A stretch of 63,464 nt of DNA, the filler included, from Folioceros fuciformis (taxonomy: Eukaryota), in the NCBI GenBank assembly GCA_049999805.1. It is 10 parts of 10 records of this genome, joined end to end, with 100 filler letters (N's around TTAATTAATTAA, not from the genome) between each part and the next. Parts side by side here need not be neighbours in the genome. Positions count along the whole stretch, not along the records: positions 47,121 to 50,426 come from JBNGIO010002329.1; positions 50,527 to 55,108 come from JBNGIO010002330.1; positions 55,209 to 61,248 come from JBNGIO010002331.1; 7 more parts are not named here. One strand, written 5' to 3'. A program made the position numbers and the translations under genes. Below the pieces are notes generated by a model. That model was not told the DNA's origin, ran no database searches, and saw only the letters and a list, made by a program, of their open reading frames with translations. Positions 47,121-58,200 of the stretch are shown in pieces; position 1 is the stretch's first letter, and the number at the start of each line of letters is the position of its first letter.

Positions 47121-49248
47121 ACAATTACCACACATCAGGGGTGCTTCTCTTTCCCCCTTCTTCCCTCTTGGGTTAGATCATCTCCCCTCTTCTGATTACC
47201 CTGCCTCCTTCCCCAGAGTCTCCCACCTTCAGGTCCTTCCCTCCTGGCTACGGCTGGCCAAGATTCCTGGCCCTAGGCTAGGCCTTCGGCCTACAAGCAA
47301 CCAGGGTTGCTACTCATGGATGGAAAGCCGAGTGTCACTTATGTCCTTGGCGGACCACCCTCCAAGCTGCTGGACTGATGCCCTTGAGCGGATAGCCCAG
47401 GGCGTCGCGTCCTGGCATGGCACACACCATCCATCATCGCCGCAAGTAGCATCCGGCCCTCCGCCTGCGGTAGCGAGTCAGTTCCAACCATCTAACCGCG
47501 GATGGCAAGCCGTATGCAAATTACGGCCCCTGGCTGGCATGGTGCCTTCGATGCCTGGGTGGGGCAGCCTACGCCCTAAAATTCCCTGGCAGTAGTCTAC
47601 AACCAGTGTTCCAGTGTCAGGCTGTCATCCTTGGAGTGTCCCTCGGGACACTCCCCTGTCTTTCCCCTAGGCAGCCGCCTATGGGCTATTAGGCCTACCG
47701 GCTATCCAACCAGCCATTTGGCCAGTCTTCGGCTGCTAGATCCGGTCGAGACCATTCTGTCCAACTTGAAGGAACGACCATACAGAATCGTCGATGGGGT
47801 TAGTTGATCTGCACTGCACCTGGTTTGACCGGGATTTGGGACAAGCCACTATCCTTGGTTTGCAGTGCACTAAGTGCAAGTCCGTCCGCACCTGGTGCTC
47901 TCGGATCCAACCGCTTATCCTCAGCCATCGTCTGGATTTAGCCATCACGCCGTGACTCCCCTAGCCCTGCTTCCAGCCAAACTGCAACTATCCCAGCTGC
48001 TCAGTCTCCGGCTAATCGGGACTGGATCCAGTCAGCTCGCCTGGTTGCCGAGTCGCCTGCCGTTTTCCTGATTCAGCTAGCTGGCCAGCCGACCAGACTT
48101 GACTGGCCAGCCTGCCTTTGCCTAGATCTGGCCAGGCGACCAGCCTGTAGGCCGCCTACTCCTCGCTTGCACTTGGAACGGGCTGGGTTGCTGACCAGAC
48201 TCCTCACCGCCAACTCCTCACCGCCATCTCCAACCAGCAACCCCCTTGTTCGGCTAGCCATCACGGCTCATCTCGGTAGCTCACGGCCGAGCATTCGCCT
48301 AGCTAAGACAGCTAGCCAGGAAGATAGCCCAACCCCCCTTAGATCCACTTTGTCCCGCTTGCCCAACCAGCTAGCCAGAGACCCCTAGCTGCTAGGTCGT
48401 CGCCGGCTGGATACTCCTGCAGCCTGTCTTGGCTGCTCCATCCTCCAGACGTCCCTGGCCCAGCAGTCCTCCGGCGGGGGATGCTTGCCAAGCCTCAAGG
48501 GTCTCCCCTACAATCCCGATTTCGGGCTCGCCTCCTTGTTGCCGGTCGTCGGCCGGGCCGTCTGCTGAGACCTGGCTAGGCGACCATTCCCCCCCATGTC
48601 CGGTCTGCTCGGCTCGCCTACCTTCATCCTAATCTACTCCTGTGGTTCAGCCTGGCTTCTAAATCATCTGACCCCAGCCGGCCACCATTCCGGCCCCTCC
48701 TGGCTGTTTCTAGGCCGGGCGTTCGACTACCTAAGGCAGCCAACTAGGCCACTATGCTCAGCCGAGACCAGCCACGCCGCCTAGCATTTCGCCGTGAACC
48801 TACCCTGACCAGTTCCTACCAGCCAGATGGCATGCTTGCTCCTCTAGCTGCCGGGCCGCCCCAGCCAGCGGATCCGCACCCTAGACCTCGCGCTGCCCTC
48901 AGGCACAACATTTTCCTTCACATTTTGGCGTCGTTGCCGGGGAATGTATTGCTGTCAAGAACATAGGTAGGAGTAACTAATACCTAAATAGAGAGTCTAG
49001 GTAGTGATAGGTTGATGGATGCCTCAGGTGAAGACCAGCGACTCTAAGTCTAAATTGTGCAGAAACATCGTTGACAAAACGGCTATGCCAGGCAGGGGAG
49101 GGGTTGCAAAGGGTCGCCAGAAGGTTGCAGCGAGAGAACACACCTGCTGGACAAGGAAAAGGGACAAGGAGCCAGCCTAGAACTAAAGGTTAGATTCATT
49201 TGGCTAGCAATGACTACTACCCCTATCGCTATGACCAGTAAGCAGTCT
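47121..49248 (+). mobile_element. Probable long 5' LTR (to 48922), tRNA-Asp PBS (48926-48943) and leader of an Athila/Tat-type gypsy element
   Basis: CA-TTT-TGGCGTCGTTGCCGGGGA is one mismatch from the Athila-type PBS TGGCGCCGTTGCCGGGGA. The upstream region is GC-rich and non-coding, and its left boundary is not visible. Confidence 0.75.
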
Positions 49249-50426
49249 TGTTAAGAATAGATTTGATTAAGTAACTCATAGCCCTAATTAACAATCAGTT
49301 GAGTTAGGTTAACTCCAGCATTATCCCGAAGGATCACACCCCTAGGGAAGAGGTATCCCAAGTACTTAAATAAGAAACACTTACCCTTGTATTTTATTAT
49401 TATGCTCAAAAGTAAAGATATGGCTTAAGAGTAAAGCTCCTTCTTTATTACTTCCTACTAATAGGAAATTTACATGGTATCAGAGCCTTGAAAACAAAAA
49501 GAAAAATAAAATGAGTGCGCCTTAGGTCCCCCATCTGAGCCCTGATCGGGTCAAGGTGCTTAATTCATCTCTAGAGTTTCAACCGGAGCATGGGTATACC
49601 ACCCCTACCTTGCGGCTTGAAATATATTTGCATTCCTGCAGATATGAAGAGTTAGAAGTCAAGATGCCAAAAGGGGAGAGGCATGGGGCCTCTCCCTCTC
49701 GCCCACCAAGACACAAGCCGCAACAGGCATTGCCTCCCCCTCTGCTCCCTTCCATGGCTCCTAGGTCAACCACCAAATTCTCACAGAATCAAAACTTGGT
49801 GCGCCGTTGGGCTCGCTCCAGACTCCCGGCTACGAGCCGCTGCCGTCCTAGACCAAGGAGACAGCAAACAGCACAGCCTAGGTGCCCTTCTTGCTGGTGC
49901 ATTTGCACCACTACCTCTGGTTTCAAGGAGAATTGTTTTTTCCACTAATTCTCCGAGGACAACCTTGTCCCCGAGGCATCCCTCAACCTCGTGCCCCTGC
50001 CCATGGAGAGCTCGTCCCCTGCCACACAACCCCTTCCCGAAGAGATCACAATCAAATTGCTCCCATTGAAAGATTTTTGCAGATACGCAGGATTGGTGGA
50101 CGCAATCTCAACAAATCTTGGCCAAAATCTCCCCAAATTTGGACCAGATGCTCTATAAGAGGGGGTACCGCCACTCATAGGACCGATTTATGCACTTGGC
50201 CGCACCCACGAGCTGTGGGGTGGAATTTTCAGGGATTTGTTTCACACCATTGAGGCACAGCGCTCTACCGCGCTTCAGCGTGTTGCGGAGGGGTGCCCCC
50301 GCGATGAGGAGGCGCATGCGCCTGCGAGGGGGTGTGCCCATAACATGCAGGCGCCCATGCGCATGAAGGGGCGCACCCATGGCCAGGGGGCACCCACGTT
50401 CATGGAGGGGCGCCCCCATGTGGAGG
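49249..50426 (+). mobile_element. Nested LTR element: 226-bp LTR (49249-49474), tRNA-iMet PBS (49475-49486) and internal region with no recognisable gag
   Basis: TGTTAA...TTTACA is followed by a perfect TGGTATCAGAGC. The region ends in degenerate GAGGGGCGC-type short repeats. Confidence 0.8.
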
Positions 50427-50526
50427 NNNNNNNNNNNNNNNNNNNNNNNNNNNNNNNNNNNNNNNNNNNNTTAATTAATTAANNNNNNNNNNNNNNNNNN
50501 NNNNNNNNNNNNNNNNNNNNNNNNNN
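50427..50526. other. Artificial contig linker
   Basis: N-TTAATTAATTAA-N, 100 bp. Confidence 0.99.
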
Positions 50527-52415
50527 TAGGCGCTCCAGGAGGGTGACCCGTACCAGGAGAACAGAACCGGAGGAGACAACACCTGGGCAGGTAGAGAACC
50601 TTCAGGTACCCCAGCAGGAGGGGGAGCAAGCAACCCAAGGTAGCCCAAGGGAGGACGGGGTAAGCACCTCTGTGATGACAGAAGGTCGGATTGTGCTGCC
50701 GTATGAGGAGGAGGCCTCCTATGTGCCAAGACTGTATGTAGAAGGGGCCAGGGTTCTGAAGCTATTTTTGTATGTACGTATGGGCACAGGAGGGACGCGG
50801 GGCTACGTCCTGCAGTTGAGGATGCGCCTAGGACTCTACCACTACAGATGGTGGGTGACAGGACTGTCCCACTGCTATGCGGAGGCAGTTCTGGAGGAAC
50901 TGACGGAAGAGGAGGCCTAGCGCTGGGTAGAACGGGGGCCTGTGGCTGTCCTCAATAACCAAAGAAGGAGGAGGGGTGGTGGACCACAGTTGCGGGACCC
51001 ACCTGCACCGCCAGCCAGGCCTAGCAGCAGCAGCAGTGATGTGGAGATCCTCTGGGAGGACCTGCCGGATCAACGGAGGGGCAGAAGAGCGAGAGGAGGA
51101 GCAGCGAGGGGTGACGTGGGAAGGCCAGGAGGAAGCCGCCAGCGGCGCAGGACAGGGCGATAGTAAATGCAGGCTAGAATAGTTTTTTTTAGCGTGCTTT
51201 ATTTGGACCCAAGTCGCTCAGAATTTAAGAGCGCAGCCCCCTTGCCTGACAGACTTTATGGCGGAAAAACTGCCATCACCGTATACAAGAGGCCGGTTTG
51301 AAGGCCTAAGGAAGTAGCAAAACACCAGCCGAGCAGTCGACCTTGCAGGAACCTAGCGATGGCCGTTGCCGGACAGGAGGTCCAGGCAAGCGAGCGCACG
51401 TAGCAACCTGGGGTGCGGGTGTAGGTGGTGGGCGCTCTGTGATCAGGTCCGGGGACGAATCGGGAGGAGGAGCCTCGCCGAGTGGGAGAGAAGCTCCCCA
51501 GCTATCCTCGAAGTGGTTACGTGGGTGGTGTGGGTGTCGGAGCCGAATCCGCGAGTTTGGAGTGGAAGGGGTCCCTCTTCCCTTAGCTCCGGTACCTCAC
51601 CATTCCTCAATGTTCATGGAAGCCCAGGAGGGGCATTGCTGAGAAAGGAGATGGAGGATTGGATAAAGAAGAAGCACGAGGGTGCGCGTGTGTGAGAAAG
51701 AGGAGAAGCGAGTAACCAGAGACGAGGAGAACGTATAACGAGAATTGGAGAGTGGAGAACGAAGTCGGAGAAACCTTGGAAGCGAGGTGAGTAATGTGTA
51801 ACGAGACGTGGTGAGTATGAGTGACTAGTCGCGATGAGGCTGGAGAGACTAAGAAAGTTGATTTGAGACTGCAGAGGGTGTACCTAGAGTGTGAAATCAC
51901 ACGGGTAGAAGGCGACCGGCAGATTGTCGTTGTTCATATGTGTGTGCGTTTGATCCTGAGGGTGAGAGGCTATTTTGTGGAGAACCAAGGAAGGAAAGCG
52001 CAAAAGGGAAGGCGCGAGAAAACAGTCGGGTAAGGACGACTCGGAGAGAGAGGAAATCCTAGAGAGAGAAAGAGAGAGGGAGTGGGACCCACGAGTGGTA
52101 GCCCGAAAGACGACAATAGTAGTCCATTGGGGAACGGAGGGTAGTCCGGCGGGCCACCAAGAGTAGTCCAAGGGAGGTAGTCCGTGGTGCGACTGGGTGG
52201 TAGGAGGGTCGTCTGGTGGGAGAAGTAAGGGGACTGGGTAAGGACCGAGCACGGGACGTGTGTGCGTGGGTCAGTCGAGTTTGGGTGCTAATTGACTTTA
52301 GAAGCTAACCTGTGTAGTTTAACACGAATCATTCCCTTGGGATCGAATCCCAGAGCTACAACGACATAGAGGGCTTGTGTGGACCTCGCGGTACCCCCGG
52401 GTACCATATTTTAAC
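50527..52415 (+). mobile_element. Unclassified repeat, copy 2 (left arm of an inverted pair)
   Basis: ORF 50543-51163 (TAG at 50918-50920) is homologous to 37130-37738. Its terminus is the reverse complement of 53182 onward. Confidence 0.8.
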
Positions 52416-53181
52416 CCCACAGCGAGGTAGAGGTTTTATGGGAGGATCTGCCTGACCAGTGAAGTGGAAGGAGGGCCCGGGGGTTTGGCGACCGGGGGAG
52501 GGGTACGCGAAGGCCGGATAGGAGGCAAGCGCGGCGATAGGATAGGCCATAATTCATTGCATCTTAGAGTAGCATTTAGTCAAGATCTGGTGAAGATGCT
52601 TTCTAGCCGCTCGTAATTAAGAGCGCCTGACAGCCTGAGACTGAACTTAATAGCGGCTACGATCCCGCCTGGCGCGTGTACAAAGAGGCCTATTGGTGCC
52701 TCACTAATCAGCAAAAGTTGGCAACTCTTCCCAGTTGAGGTCCTCGCACCGTCCATAGCTAAATTGAGGATGTTTGGGTGGGCAGCGTGTGCGTGAAGCT
52801 CTTAAGGGTGGTCGAGAGGTCTTTGCTCCACAGCTGGTGGTGAGGGGGACAAATCAGCAAGTGCCTGCTAAGTGGAAGGTCACCTTCCCTTATTCCTTGC
52901 ATTGCTAGTTGTGTTCTGCGGTGAGTGGTGAGGGGGACGAATCTGCCTGATGCGCGGAATGGAGGGAGAGTTTCTCCTTCCCTTATTCCCTGAACGATTG
53001 ATTGTGGTCCGTAACTGAGGTGAGGGGAACAAATTTGCCAGCTGCGCGGAGTGGAAGGGGAGCTTCTCCTTCCCTTATTTCATGACCCTTAGGTTGTGTT
53101 TTGAATCTGGTGTTGAAGAGGGTGTGTGAGATGACAAGGTGTCAAAGAGCGTGTGCAGGAAGATAAGGAGTGGAGAGTGAG

Positions 53182-55108
53182 TGTTAAAATATGGTACCCA
53201 AGGGTACCGCGAGGTCCACACAAGCCCTCTATGTCGTTGTAGCTCTGGGATTTGATCCCAAGGGAATGATTTGTGTTAAACTACACAGTTTAGCTTCTAA
53301 AGTCAATTAACACCTAAAACTTGACTGACCCACACACACACGTCCAGTGCTCGGACCTTACCAAGGCCCCTTACTTCTCCCACCAGACGACCCCTCAACC
53401 ACCCAGTCGCCCCAGGGACTACCTTCCCCTGGACTACTCTTGGTTGCCCACCGGGCTACCCTCCGTCTCTTTTCGGGCTACCTCCGTCGCCTTTCGGGCG
53501 ACGGTCGCCTAACGGTCTACCGCTCATGGGTCCCACTCTCTCTCTCTCTCTCTCAGTTCCCTCTCTCTAGGGTTTTCTCTCCCTAGGGTTTCCTCTCTCC
53601 CTCCAGGTTGTTCCTACCCGACTGATTACCTCCTGCCCGTGCATCCCCTTTTGCGCCTCCCTTCCTTGGTTCACCACAAAACCGCCTCACTCACCTCAGG
53701 AACAAGCGCACACACACATGAACAGCAGCAATCTGTTGGACGCCTTCCACCCGCATGTTCTCACACCTTAGATACACCCCCTACGGTCTCAATTCAGCTT
53801 CTTCACAGCCTCTCCAGTCTATCGCGACCAGTCACACATACACACCACATCTCGTTGCACCCCACACACATTACTCACCTCGCCTCCAGGGTTTCCCCCG
53901 GCTTTGTTCTCTCTTACCCACTCACCAGTTCTCTGTATACATTCTGCCCATCTGAACAGTCATCGAATTACTTCCACTCCGCTGCACTTCCTGCTTCCAC
54001 TCCTTCTGGCTTCCTTTTCGCATTCGCTCATACCCACTACTCAGCCACTTGCTCCTCCTCCTTCTCACACACGCGCACTCTCGCGCTCTCCTTTCTCCGG
54101 TTCTTCAGTCTTGTTTCTCAGCGATGCCCCTCCTGGGCTCCTATTAACGTTGAGGAACGGTGAGGTACTGGGGCTAAGGGAAGAGGAGTCCCTTCCACTC
54201 CAAACTCGCGGATTCGGCTCCGACACCCACACCACCCCACGTGACCACCTCGAGGATAGCTGGGGAGCTTCTCTCCCACTCGGTGAGAATCCTCCTCCCG
54301 ATTCGTCCCCGGACATGTGGGTGGCGCAGGTGGGTCCCACCGTTGTGGTCCACCACTCCTCCTCCTTCTCTGGTTGCTGAGGACAGCCACAGGCCCCCGT
54401 TCTACCCTGCGCTGGGCCTCCTCTTCCGTCAGTTCCTCCGGAACTGCCTTCGCATAGCAGTGGGGCAGTCTTGTCACCCACCAGCTGTAGTGGTAGAGTC
54501 CCAGGCGCGTCCTCAACTGTAGGCCGTAGCCCTGCGTCCCTCCTGTGCCCATACGTACATATAGAAACAGCTTCAGAACCCTGGCCCCTTCTACATACAG
54601 GCCTGGCACATAGGAGGCCTCCTCCTCATACTGCAGAATAATCCGACCTTCTGTCATAACAGAGGTGCTTACCCCGTCCTCCCTTGGGCTACCTCGCGTT
54701 GCTTACTCCCCCTCCTGTTGGGGTACCTGAAAGGTTCTCTGCCTGCCCAGCTGTTGCCTCCTCCGGCTCTGTCCTCCTGGTACGGGTCACCCTTCCGGAC
54801 CGCCTAGGGGCAGGCGCCCCTACTGCTTCCTCCTTCGTTTCCAGGGTTGGTTCTGTAGCTATCCTGGGCCTTGCTGGGCCACCGGTAGCCCCGTCGGCTA
54901 CCCGACTACCGGTAGTCCCGTGGACTACCAGACTACCGGTAGTCCCGTGGACTACCAGACTACCGGTAGTCCCGTGGACTACCAGACTACCGGTAGTCCC
55001 GTGGACTACCAGACTACCGGTAGTCCCGTGGACTACCAGACTACCGGTAGTCCCGTGGACTACCAGACTACCGGTAGTCCCGTGGACTACCAGACTACCG
55101 GTAGTCCC
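53182..55108 (-). mobile_element. Unclassified repeat, copy 3 (right arm of an inverted pair, internally deleted)
   Basis: TGTTAAAATATGGTACCC... mirrors 52415 leftwards. ORF 54657-54320 carries the same domain. Confidence 0.8.
54904..55108. repeat. 27-bp perfect tandem repeat (at least 7.5 copies, runs into the gap)
   Basis: Unit GACTACCGGTAGTCCCGTGGACTACCA. Confidence 0.97.
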
Positions 55109-55208
55109 NNNNNNNNNNNNNNNNNNNNNNNNNNNNNNNNNNNNNNNNNNNNTTAATTAATTAANNNNNNNNNNNNNNNNNNNNNNNNNNNNNNNNNNNN
55201 NNNNNNNN
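55109..55208. other. Artificial contig linker
   Basis: N-TTAATTAATTAA-N, 100 bp. Confidence 0.99.
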
Positions 55209-58200
55209 AGGCGATTAGGTAAGCCGCTAAACTTCATCCGCGTGCTGCTGCTGCTTTCCGGGCTAAACTGAGACGGACTCTATGTGACAAGAGGAGGAGA
55301 AAGAACTCCAGCATCCAGGTGATTATAATGGCTTTGAGCTTCATCCACCTGTCTGGAATTATAGGGTGACCTATGCAGATGCTGACCCTCTCTTACTGTA
55401 AACATAGGGGTGTGGGAGATATGAGAAGGCTAGCAATTCTGAGGAGTCAAGGCCCGCCCGTAAGTCCTTCTCATGCGTCCTGTGACTGCTTAGGCCTGAA
55501 ATATGGCTGATAATTAATAAGTCCTAAGCCTTCCATATGTTTCTGGTGTTTGTCCTTAGACAAGGCCTTTGTAAGGATGTCTGCTGTGTTATTATCTGTG
55601 GGTACATAGAAAATTTTTACTAACCCCCTCTCAGCGGCATCCCTTACATAGTGATGATGAACTTCAATGTGTTTTGTCTGGGCGTGGAAGCGGGGATTGG
55701 CCACAAGGAAGATCGTAGATTGATTGTCACAGTATAGGTGAGTAGGGCCAGTTTGTGTCTGCCCTAGATCATGTAAGAAAGATCGCTCCCATTCCACCTC
55801 TTTAGTTGCATCCGTTAACGACTTATATTTGGCTTCGATGCTCGACAGGGCAATACTAGTCTGTTTTTTACAACTCCAGTTCATAGAGGCTTGAGTAAGA
55901 AGAAAAGCATATGTGGAGAGGCTTTTGCGGGAGTCACTGTCCGAAGCCCAGTCGACATCAGTGAAACCCTCAAGCACAAGGTGAGAGTGTCCACCACGCT
56001 TGTAACATAAGCCAATATAGTGTGTACCTTTTAAATATCGAAAAATCCGTTTAACGGCGGTCCAATGAGGACGGCCTGGATTATCGAGAAACTAAGATAC
56101 CGTACTAACAGAATGTTGTATGTCAGGGCGAGTCCAATTGCTTACAAATATCAAACTGCCAACAGCCTAACGATAGGGAACATCAAGCATGTCCTACTTG
56201 TCAGCATATGTTACATGAGATTCATATCTGGTGAGTTTTGAACCTACAGCACCTGGTGTTGAAGCAGGATGAGCCTATCCCATGTGAAACCTATGTAGAA
56301 TCTCCGATATATATTTATGTTGATGAATGATGAGCAAACCGTCTGACCTAACCCGGAGAACTTGAATTCCTAAACAGAAGAGCAAATCTCCGCCGTCAGT
56401 CATTTCAAATGTATTCTTTAACAAAGTCTTGACATGTGCCAGAATACCAGGGTTGCTAGCTGCAAGTATGACATTATCAACATAAAGTGCAAGAATAACA
56501 TAAGCAGAGCCATCTCGAAATAGGTAAACATTCGAGTCAGCTTTGGATTGTGTGAAATTCAAAGACTTTAGGGCAGTATCACATCTTTTATACCACCGTT
56601 CTGCACTCTATTTTAGTCCATACATACATTTAATTAATAGGCAAACATTTAATTAAACATTGAGGAAGAATTATTCATGGTTGTTCCATGAATAATTCTT
56701 CCTCAAGAATACCATGGAGAAAAGCTGTGCAGACGTCAAGCTGCTGCAATTCCAAGTCATATTCAGCGGCAAGGGCAAGAATGATACGAATTGATTGAGC
56801 ACGGACAACAGACGAAAAGGTTTCTTGGTAGTCCAAACCTGCTACTTGGGTAAACCCCCTTGCACATAACCTAGCTTTATATCGAGCTATATGCCCATCT
56901 GCATTTAACTTATGCTTAAACACCCACTTACAAGTAATTGCTTTCCTCTTGGTAGGTCGGGGAACAAGTCGCCATGTGCCATTTTTTATCAAGCTATTAT
57001 ACTCGTCGTCTACAGCAAACTGCCACTTGTCCCTATCTGGTCTAGTGAGGGCCTCTGAAAGAGTGGTTGGCTCTAGAGGTATATCTGGAGGGGAAGAAAT
57101 TGCTAAAGCTGTATGTCGTTTGAAATCAATGCAGGCATATGGAGGTTCCTTCCATTCAGAGGGTGCAGGTTTATGCCTTGAGGAGCGACGTGGGCCAGCA
57201 TCCTCGACAGCTTGCTGAGCTGGTACATTTATAGGTTGGGATTGAGATGGCTGAGCATCTTCACCAGGTAGGTTACCAATCACTGGAGCATTACAATTGT
57301 CAATATCATCTAACACATTTGTTGGATTTTTTGCATGCTCGGAATGATCCGAATCTAACCCATTCAAGTCTGCTGCAAGAGGGTGTTGATCATCAACAGC
57401 AAGATCTGGATTAATTAGAGCTGGTCCTGGATTGTCTGCAGATAAGTTAGGGATGATACCATCAGCGTCCAAAGGATATAGAGATAAAAGACCAGGTGTG
57501 TCCTGAAAAGGTGCATCCTCAGCAAGTTGCTCAAAGGGATCATCATTAGACTCATCTCTTAATGGAGCAGGCTGTAAGGATTCAACAAAGGTAACACTTC
57601 TTGCTAGAACAGGTTGCCTGGATAATGGGTCAAAGAGCTTATATGCCTTAACAGTTTCACTATAACCCATAAATATGAGACGCTGTGAGCGATTATCAAG
57701 TTTTCTTCGTTTTTCTGCAGGTATAAAAGCATAAGCCTTTGAGCCGAAGATCCTCAGATGGAGAAGGCTAGGCTTTTGTTTCCTGAACAGCTCGAAAGGT
57801 GTTGTCTTGGAGAAAAGAGAGGTAGTCGGCAACCTATTAAGTATATAAGTTGAGGTAACAACTGCTTCTCCCCAGTAAGGGGATGGGAGACCTGACCACA
57901 ACAACATAGCTCAAGTCATGCTCATTAAAGTCTGGTTTTTCCTTTCAGCAACACCGTTTTCTTGCTGCGTATAGGGCACAATTAGTTGATGGATAATTCC
58001 TTTTGCAGCAAAGAGGTCTTCAAAAGACTGATTCACAAATTCTGATCCATTATCAGATCTGAAGATCTTGAGGAGACAGCCAGTTTGACGCTGTACAGTA
58101 AGTAACCAGTCTTGAAACAGAGGGAAAGTTTCATTTTTTCTCTTCATGGGGAATGTCCATGTATATCTGGTATAGTCATCTGTTATGGTGAAGTAATAAT

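Noticed and set aside
54904-55108. CRISPR-like palindromic repeats
   Set aside because: The units are contiguous and identical, with no unique spacers or cas genes, in a eukaryotic context.
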